Source: Nitrososphaeria archaeon
GTDB lineage: Archaea > Thermoproteota > Nitrososphaeria > JACIWG01
Assembly: GCA_050011875.1 (NCBI GenBank)
Contig: JBEKIG010000003.1
Location: 127,677 to 191,676 of the forward strand
Length of the DNA: 64,000 nt
Direction of reading: 5' to 3'
Shown: positions 9,892 through 15,904 of the stretch, one piece after another
Layout of the letters: the number at the start of each line of letters is the position of its first letter
Numbering within the stretch: position 1 is the stretch's first letter
Made by a program: the position numbers and the translations under genes
Notes under the pieces: model-generated
Seen by the model: only the letters and a program-made list of their open reading frames with translations
What the model was told of the DNA's origin: nothing
Database searches by the model: none

Positions 9892-10869
9892 ATGACAGAT
9901 GAAATCGTCTTCGAAAAGATCAGGGGAATACACAACGTACTCAGGGAAGAGTTCTACTCTTCAGGGCACAGGACCTGTGAGGGTTGCGAGCCTGCGATGG
10001 TAATGAGGATGTTCAGCAAGGCAGCTGGACCTCGCACTATTGCGCTAGGCACTACAGGATGCATGTATGTTGCTAATACTGCATACATGACCACACCCTG
10101 GGTCATTCCGTGGATGCACGCGCAACTCGGAGCAGGCGGCTCGTCGGCCCTAGGGACTTCAGCAGGCCTTAGAGCGTTGATGAAGAAAGGAAAGATTCCC
10201 AAGGAGAAGATCAACACCATAGCCTTCTGCGGTGACTTAGGCGGAGCTGATATGGGTCTTGCCGCAATCTCCTCGGCTCTTCAGACCGACTATGACCTCT
10301 TGATAATTCTCTACGATAACGAGTCCGCTGCCAACACGGACATTCAGGCCACGGGAATGACCACGTGGGGCGCTCAGACAACATTCACGCCGACCGGGTC
10401 GGTGAAAAGGATCATGCAGAATAGGTGGAAGAAGAATGTTGCTCCGATGCTTGCTGCCGGTCATCCGAACGTGAAGTACATCGCAACCGCAATCGCATCC
10501 TACCCTCCTTTGGACCTCCTCAACAAAGTCAGGAAGGCCCTCTCGGTCGGGGGGCCGACCTTCATCCATACACTTGCCCCTTGTCCCAAGGGCTGGGACT
10601 ATCACCCACGCTATTCCGACAAGCTAGGGGAGCTGGCGGCGAGGACGGGTATCTTCCCTGTCTACGAAATTGAGAACGGGGTAGCTAGGCTGACCTACAA
10701 ACCACCAACGCCCAGAGTTCCAGTCCGGGAATATCTTGAGATGCAGGGTAGATTTGCGCACTTCAAGGACGAAGACTTTCAATACGTGCAGAGCCACGTT
10801 GACGCGATGTGGGAAGACTGGGAATTGCCGGGGATAGTTCCCATAAAGGATGGTCGCATCAAATCTTAG
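9892..10869 (+). CDS. 2-oxoacid:ferredoxin oxidoreductase beta, TPP-binding (oxalate oxidoreductase beta-like)
   Basis: GHRTCEGC, TGCMYVANT, GDLGGADMG...YDNESAANTDIQ and PCPKGW. Confidence 0.9.
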   Translation: MTDEIVFEKIRGIHNVLREEFYSSGHRTCEGCEPAMVMRMFSKAAGPRTIALGTTGCMYVANTAYMTTPWVIPWMHAQLGAGGSSALGTSAGLRALMKKGKIPKEKINTIAFCGDLGGADMGLAAISSALQTDYDLLIILYDNESAANTDIQATGMTTWGAQTTFTPTGSVKRIMQNRWKKNVAPMLAAGHPNVKYIATAIASYPPLDLLNKVRKALSVGGPTFIHTLAPCPKGWDYHPRYSDKLGELAARTGIFPVYEIENGVARLTYKPPTPRVPVREYLEMQGRFAHFKDEDFQYVQSHVDAMWEDWELPGIVPIKDGRIKS

Positions 10870-11452
10870 GTTGTCGTAACTCGAATCAGTAGTGACCGAC
10901 GCATCCAGAATGGTACACCAGCGGTAGCCTTGAAGGTTGCACTGGTGTCGGTGATGTAAATGCTCCACGCAAGGGAGTTACGTGACAATGGGGGGAAAAA
11001 GATATTTCGGCGGCTCTGGAAAATTAAGCTTTATGAGAGAAAGATATTCCTTTATGTATTTGGCATCTTGATCGTCGTTTATTAAAAAAAATTGAACGAA
11101 CTTCAAACAGTTACATCTTGGACTAAAGCTCATGTGTCAGGTTACCCATAAATATAACCTACCAGTACCTGTTAAGACACTTTTTGACCTGTCTGGTATG
11201 AGTTTAGCGGGACGTGGAAACGTTCACTTTAGGGAAAAACACCTATTCTGCTGGTATGGCGACCATTGAGAACAGGATTAATGTTTTCCTTTTATCTATC
11301 ACCTTTTCCATGTCACCTCTTGCAATTGTGGATATATTGCAATTTATTAAAGGGTTTTTCAGAATCCAACCAAAATGTACTCCTAATGTTGCACAAATTA
11401 TACCAAATTTAAGATGAGGCCGTTTGTAGGCATCTTGTTCACTAAAGATCCA

Positions 11453-11720
11453 ATGGGCTCTGAAGAATGGTTTAAGCCCCCTAGGCATTCCATGGCGCAT
11501 ATTAGCAATCGGTATCTTTTGCTTGGCTCTTGGTCTTGTCATCTTCATTTTAGGGGCAGTAATAGTAAATTATAATAATCCTTTAAACCCCTCTGCTCTC
11601 CTTCTACTAGGAGGGTTAGTCGGAATGATAATTGGTGGATTATTTATGGCATTTGGTTTCATACTAACCGTTTATGGTACTCTAAAATATATTTTCAGTA
11701 AATCATTAGTCTCTAATTAA
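11453..11720 (+). pseudogene. Frameshifted small membrane protein
   Basis: The ATG at 11453 (MGSEEWFKP) joins the hydrophobic 11523-11720 frame if one C of the C5 run at 11477-11481 is removed. Confidence 0.35.
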
Positions 11721-11894
11721 GAGATTAACTAAATATCAAATTTGACGAGTTCTTCCCTAAAAATAAATATTATTAAATTTCCTGCAATAAAACTTTAAAC
11801 TCGTCCTTTTTCTCACCCATCTGTTTAAGTGTTGGCTAAACTAAGTTTATTATAAGCACAAAATCCTAAATACAAAGTTAGAAAGAAAGAATTG

Positions 11895-12029
11895 ATGTGG
11901 GAGGAAAGTGCAAGAAAACCAATCCCAATGAGAGTAAAACGTGCAGTCTACCTAAGAGCTAAGGGAAGATGTAAAAAATGTCATATTAATTTAAAAATGG
12001 AGGAAGGTGATTTCCATCACACTAATTAG
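11895..12029 (+). pseudogene. Truncated HNH endonuclease fragment
   Basis: MWEESARKPIPMRVKRAVYLRAKGRCKKCHINLKMEEGDFHHTN* has a CxxC and the first His pair. It lacks the N...CxxCH half. Confidence 0.6.
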
Positions 12030-12141
12030 TTTCCAGAACTCTTTAATACGCTATTATTGGCATCAACCCTTAGGCTTCATTTTGCAGGAGACGTAGAAGG
12101 CATCAGAAAAGTGTGCATAATCTAAAAAAGAATATATATAA

Positions 12142-12207
12142 ACGAAAGTGCAATAAATCGAAGTTAAAAGGTTTGGACTATTTTCTGGAAATATACAATT
12201 AAAAAAA
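12142..12207 (+). repeat. 66-bp direct repeat A, copy 1 (copy 2 at 14635-14700)
   Basis: ACGAAAGTGCAATAAATCG...ATATACAATTAAAAAAA is identical in both copies, with about 20 bp of imperfect extension on each side. Confidence 0.95.
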
Positions 12208-12269
12208 AGAGATCAAGAATTTATATTAAAGTTTTTCATAATAAATAATGTAGGAATACCGATAGGTAA

Positions 12270-12475
12270 ATGAGCCAAAATAAGACCGTTGAAGTGAAGG
12301 TACGAATTCCGAGAACATATTTGAGTTTCTTAAAGGCTGGTGCGATTTCTTTAATGAAGACATGGATGATGAGCTTGAAGCGTCGATTATAGCTGGTGCT
12401 AGCAGTCTCATTAATCAGTTCGAACCCGATCGAGCTGATAAGCTGAGAGAAGCGTATAAACTCAATGAATGTTAG
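12270..12475 (+). pseudogene. Frameshifted RHH-like DNA-binding protein
   Basis: MSQNKTVEVKVRIP, a frameshift, then NIFEFLKGWCDFFNEDMDDELEASII...KLREAYKLNEC*. Confidence 0.45.
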
Positions 12476-12590
12476 GGGAACTTTCCCTCTTTTTTTCCTA
12501 TTTAATAATAACGATTTTACCGATATTTTTTATCGGCGATTGTGCTTTGGTCTATGGGTGCGTCCCCTTCGACGTCGATTTCTACCTTTA

Positions 12591-12712
12591 GTCATTGACT
12601 CAGAGGGTTGTCGTGCCTCTTTATTACGTTTAGTTAAATCCATTGACTGATTTTATTCTGTCATCGATAGATGTTATTTTGTCATTGACTTTTTGTTATG
12701 CTGTCATCGATT
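12591..12712 (+). repeat. Iteron-like array, core GTCATYGAY, 21-22 bp period
   Basis: The CATYGA cores start at 12641, 12662, 12683 and 12705, with an extra copy at 12593. Confidence 0.7.
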
Positions 12713-12831
12713 TATTGATATTTTGGTAAATGCATGATGTCATTCTTTTCAATCATATGAAATAAATCTCTCGTAGTATTCTTTAAAAGCTTCTTTCAAT
12801 AATGATAACAGATCGAGGAAGAGGGTAATGT

Positions 12832-12981
12832 ATGATCTGGATAAAGGGAATAGGAGCTTTCATTGCAATAGAGGGAGCCGCGAACATCTGGTACTGGTGG
12901 GACGACAAACATCCCTGGTACTTTCAAGTAGGAAGATTGCTGAGAACTGTCTTCGGTATTGTATTAGTTGTCTTGGGTTAA
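12832..12981 (+). CDS. 49-aa two-TM small membrane protein
   Basis: MIWIKGIGAFIAIEGAANIWYWWDDKHPWYFQVGRLLRTVFGIVLVVLG*, with a purine-rich upstream sequence. Below the ORF-track cutoff. Confidence 0.55.
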   Translation: MIWIKGIGAFIAIEGAANIWYWWDDKHPWYFQVGRLLRTVFGIVLVVLG

Positions 12982-13106
12982 GCGAAAAATTATGATGCAG
13001 GAAATTTCCTGGCGGGAGATAATGAGCTGAAGGTGAGATCATATGTTACAGTTATTATTCTTGAATAGAAAGATTTTTAATGAAGTTATGATGATTGATT
13101 ATTAGA

Positions 13107-13754
13107 ATGGATCAATATACAGAACCAGATTATAGTAGTATTGGATTAGTTACTATTGATACACAAAATGATTTCTCATTAAAAGGAGCAGTTTATGAAA
13201 TCAAAGGAACCTATGAAGTAATTCCAAATATGGTTAAAGTTTTGAATAAATTCAGAGAAAAGAATAAACTGATAATGCATGTCGTTAGGATATATAAAAA
13301 AGATGGCTCTAATGTTGATATTTGTAGAAAAAAGAAGGTGGAAGAAGGGTTAAAAGTAATTGCTCCAAATTCCATAGGCTCTGAATTAGTCAAGGAATTG
13401 AAGCCAAACACCGTTAGATTAGATGCTGAAAAATTATTGAAGGGTGAAATTCAGAAAATTGCCCAAAATGAATTTGTAATTTATAAATCTAGATGGGGCG
13501 CATTTTACAAAACTCCATTAGAAACTTTTCTTAAAGAAAAAGGGGTTATAACATTAGTTTTTACGGGATGTAATTTTCCAAATTGTCCAAGAACATCAAT
13601 ATATGAAGCTAGTGAAAGAGATTTTAAACTGGTTGTAATAGAAGATGCTATATCTGGTATATATGATAAGGGTGTTGAGGAATTGAAAAATATTTGCTGT
13701 GAAGTTATAGGAACGGAAGGTTTCTTAAAGAAATTCAGTGACAAGTCTTTATAG
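13107..13754 (+). CDS. Isochorismatase-family cysteine hydrolase
   Basis: IDTQNDF, KSRWGAF and GCNFPNCPRTS (D-K-C triad). Confidence 0.88.
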   Translation: MDQYTEPDYSSIGLVTIDTQNDFSLKGAVYEIKGTYEVIPNMVKVLNKFREKNKLIMHVVRIYKKDGSNVDICRKKKVEEGLKVIAPNSIGSELVKELKPNTVRLDAEKLLKGEIQKIAQNEFVIYKSRWGAFYKTPLETFLKEKGVITLVFTGCNFPNCPRTSIYEASERDFKLVVIEDAISGIYDKGVEELKNICCEVIGTEGFLKKFSDKSL

Positions 13755-13846
13755 GAACATATTGTGTTTGACGGTATCAAGGGATCTGCGAAATGCTGAT
13801 AAATCAGATAAAGATAAAGGTACAAGCTCGTTATAGACTTTCTATC

Positions 13847-14011
13847 CTATTCAACAATTAATATTTTTAGCTCATCTTTATCTTATATCTCTTTTAGTCT
13901 TTGTGGGCTATAGTCGGTGTAATGTCTTGCCAACACACTCTTAGGAACCCTATTACAGAAGGCATCAACATGCCAATCGGGAACCTACCTTCCCATTCCA
14001 GAACAGCATCG
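13847..14011 (-). pseudogene. Tyrosine integrase C-terminal remnant
   Basis: RCCSGMGR*VPDWHVDAFCNRVPKSVLARHYTDYSPQRLKEI*DKDELKIL covers the catalytic-Tyr region of archaeal integrases and has two internal stops. Confidence 0.75.
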
Positions 14012-14225
14012 AAACATAGAAGTTAAGAAATCTCTATTTGATTGAAGAATAAGGGCTTCTTTAAATAGGAGGATCACTATCAAAAAACCGATAGATATGT
14101 GTCTTAACAGATTTTATACCGTTAAAGGAGGCTATCTCACTAAGAGCATAAGCTATCAATGGCTTAGACAACTAAGAAGCTATAGAAACAGCTAACCAAT
14201 CTTATTTGTGATTTTAGACAACTAG

Positions 14226-14660
14226 TTGATGAACGTGAACATTAAGCTGCAAATATTCAAGATGAAAGAAGCAAGTGGAACTTCTCTGGCACAACGCTAT
14301 CGCTGCGCAGTAGTTGATTTGGACAGGCCTGAAAAGTATCCCTCAAACTTTGTTTGCATGCTGCCAGCGCAAATAGGCTCAGATAAGGATAGTGCTTTTG
14401 TGAAGCTTTTTGGAGACAAAAGCATAGAACTGGCTAGTCAACTGTTGACGGATGCGCTTGAGACAGAGACTGATGTTGAAACTAAAGCTGAAATTGGAAG
14501 AAGATTGAAGATAATTAAATCCCCTGGTGTCAATCAGGTCGAATGCAGTGTTTGCGGAAAACTGTTCAAACCTACACGCAGAAGAGGGTTCAGGCAAAAA
14601 ATTTGTCCCGAATGCAGAAAAAGAATCTATGTGGACGAAAGTGCAATAAATCGAAGTTAA
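14226..14660 (+). CDS. Hypothetical protein with C-terminal zinc finger
   Basis: CSVC...CPEC at the C-terminus. The 3' end overlaps repeat A copy 2. Confidence 0.7.
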   Translation: MMNVNIKLQIFKMKEASGTSLAQRYRCAVVDLDRPEKYPSNFVCMLPAQIGSDKDSAFVKLFGDKSIELASQLLTDALETETDVETKAEIGRRLKIIKSPGVNQVECSVCGKLFKPTRRRGFRQKICPECRKRIYVDESAINRS

Positions 14661-14700
14661 AAGGTTTGGACTATTTTCTGGAAATATACAATTAAAAAAA
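14635..14700 (+). repeat. 66-bp direct repeat A, copy 2
   Basis: Identical to 12142-12207. Confidence 0.95.
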
Positions 14701-14825
14701 GAAATCAAGAATTAATATTACCAGTTCAATTAGTACCAGGAAATAGATATTATATAAAGATTAAAACTGAATCTTATAGCTATTTATTTAATATGTTTCC
14801 GAGTATATAAATAGACTATCTAACT

Positions 14826-14866
14826 TATTCAACAATTAATATTTTTAGCTCAGCTTTATCTTATAT
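14826..14866 (+). repeat. 41-bp direct repeat B, copy 2 (copy 1 at 13848-13888), the integrase extreme 3' end
   Basis: TATTCAACAATTAATATTTTTAGCTCAKCTTTATCTTATAT, one mismatch between copies. Confidence 0.9.
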
Positions 14867-14926
14867 ATAATGGAATAGAATATGATTAATTGTTCTCTTG
14901 AAGGGACGCATCTGACCGTGTATTTC

Positions 14927-15178
14927 TTAGGGTAATTTGAACTCTTTAGCCCAATCCATTTTAAAATACTTGCCGTAAAATATCCTGACGAATTTTATGA
15001 AATTCGCAATACTCCTTTCTTCAGATTTCCTTGTCATTATAATGTCTTGTATGTCTTTAAATGAGGCAGTTTCAGGTTTAACATATTTTGGAACATATTT
15101 ATAATAAATTTCATAATTATCTATAGTTCTTTGCGGCAAAATTATAAACCTCACTGGAGCATCGCCCAACCTGGCCAT
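14927..15178 (-). pseudogene. Tyrosine integrase core-binding (SAM-like) domain remnant
   Basis: LPQRTIDNY...DIQDII...SIANFIKFVRIFYGKYFKMDWAKEFKLP resembles the central region of the same integrase family. Confidence 0.55.
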
Positions 15179-15384
15179 TCCATGGAATCAAATCGTGGTC
15201 TCCCTCTACAACAGAGCTTGATGGTCAACCTCACCTAATTTTCCTTGGCATGGACAAGCAGGATGTCTTTCCCCAAATTTAAGAAATCGTTTGAATTCTT
15301 AGTTCAAATTAATAAAGCTAAACGATATTCTTATTTTTGCCTTTGCAACTATAGGACAATCACTTACATAAAATCGCACAGTCA

Positions 15385-15528
15385 GGTGCATCCTAGGACA
15401 TTGGCGGGTGCTGTCTTTGACTGCGTCTGCTCATTTATGCTGCAGTCCACCGTTTGCATGGGCATAATTTGGCACAAATGCCCCTGTCAATGGCAGTGAG
15501 AAGTGGTGTCCTGCAGTTGCATTTTTTT
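15385..15528 (+). ncRNA. Candidate structured RNA (multi-stem junction) ending in a T7 run
   Basis: Nested stems with G-U pairs on the + strand (see findings). No family recognised. Confidence 0.35.
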
Positions 15529-15538
15529 GTCTGTTGGC

Positions 15539-15620
15539 TGCACCTGACTGCACCTTGCTGCACCTTTGATTGCACCCTACTGCACCCTGATGCACCTGCC
15601 ATTGCACCTAAAGTTGCACC
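15539..15620 (+). repeat. Helically phased array of 8 TGCACC hexamers
   Basis: Starts at 15539, 15549, 15559, 15571, 15581, 15591, 15603 and 15615. A ninth copy lies at 15739 and an inverted copy at 15385. Confidence 0.95.
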
Positions 15621-15767
15621 TGCTAGTCTTCAATTATGGGTTCCAAGTTACTCGTCTGGTAAGTTATGACTCTCCTTCTAAACATCAACCAGCTAGAACC
15701 AGCTTCCCTTCATTTAACATTCTTACCAAATACTCTGTTGCACCTAAGAAAAGTAAATATATTATAA

Positions 15768-15811
15768 AATTGCCTTTAAATTGCCTTTAGATTGCCTTTA
15801 AATTGCCTTTA
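15768..15811 (+). repeat. Four tandem 11-bp repeats RATTGCCTTTA
   Basis: Units start at 15768, 15779, 15790 and 15801. Confidence 0.95.
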
Positions 15812-15818
15812 AATCATC

Positions 15819-15832
15819 AAAAACTTTATAAA
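15819..15832 (+). promoter_or_regulatory. Putative BRE-TATA for the 576-aa gene
   Basis: AAAAAC-TTTATAAA lies just downstream of the 11-bp array. GGAGA precedes the ATG at 15905. Confidence 0.4.
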
Positions 15833-15904
15833 ATGTGAGATATTATATAAATTGATGGGAAAAGTCTTTCACATATGTGAGCAATTTCAAGGAGATAAGT
15901 TGTA

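Noticed and set aside
10871-10988. Archaeal SECIS element
   Set aside because: The upstream genes have no in-frame TGA, and no clear SECIS motif is seen.
12591-12712. 21-22 bp periodic repeats as a mini-CRISPR
   Set aside because: The period is too short and there are no spacers.
15245-15790. ORFs 15245-15499, 15454-15669 and 15566-15790
   Set aside because: They are overlapping frames across the repeat and structured DNA, with odd Cys/His/Pro composition and no recognisable domain.
15539-15811. Repeat arrays as a CRISPR locus
   Set aside because: The units are 6-11 bp with no 30-45 bp unique spacers, and no cas genes are present.
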